Positions 63,954-64,000 of a stretch of 64,000 nucleotides of DNA are shown piece after piece. A program made the translations under genes and the position numbers. Each line of letters opens with the position of its first letter. Positions within the stretch are counted from its first letter, which is position 1. This DNA comes from Macrostomum lignano (lineage: Eukaryota). The notes under the pieces were generated by a model. It ran no database searches. It was not told the origin of the DNA and saw only the letters and a program-made list of their open reading frames with translations. Location of the stretch: positions 1 through 64,000 of the forward strand of contig NIVC01003031.1 in NCBI GenBank assembly GCA_002269645.1. The letters run 5' to 3'.

Positions 63954-64000
63954 AAGGGTCTGAAATGTTCGCGAACTATTGTTCCATTATAGAGAGAAAG

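Overview
This is eukaryotic (animal) genomic DNA, not prokaryotic. GC-rich spliced exons are embedded in introns and intergenic DNA that carry more than 30 distinct minisatellite and microsatellite arrays. The composition and repeat saturation suggest a Macrostomum-like flatworm (inference only). Seven protein-coding loci were reconstructed by hand from GT-AG junctions and protein similarity: a frameshift-riddled PLEKHM2/SKIP-like gene (+, partial), an alpha/beta-hydrolase-fold gene (+), DNAAF11/LRRC6 (-, 10 exons, two 1-bp frameshifts), a DEG/ENaC channel (+, 2 exons), HYI (-), a KCNQ1-type K+ channel (-, 12 exons) and MEK1/2 (-, 4 exons). Mobile DNA includes a P-element-like MITE with an 8-bp target-site duplication (TSD), two foldback/MITE elements, a tRNA-derived SINE, a fossil hAT transposase and a probable Helitron 3' end. 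Highlights: (i) two genes have a first coding exon with no ATG that starts in phase 0 right after a 3' splice site, consistent with a start codon donated in trans by a flatworm spliced leader, possibly within operons; (ii) some minisatellites are seeded from exon junctions, one keeping about 45-50 copies of a 5' splice site and another showing stepwise loss of the duplicated donor; (iii) a 136-bp G-free loop lies inside a foldback element in a strongly CpG-depleted region. Most long ORFs in the supplied track are repeat artefacts. All coordinates and counts were derived by eye; repeat boundaries are approximate.
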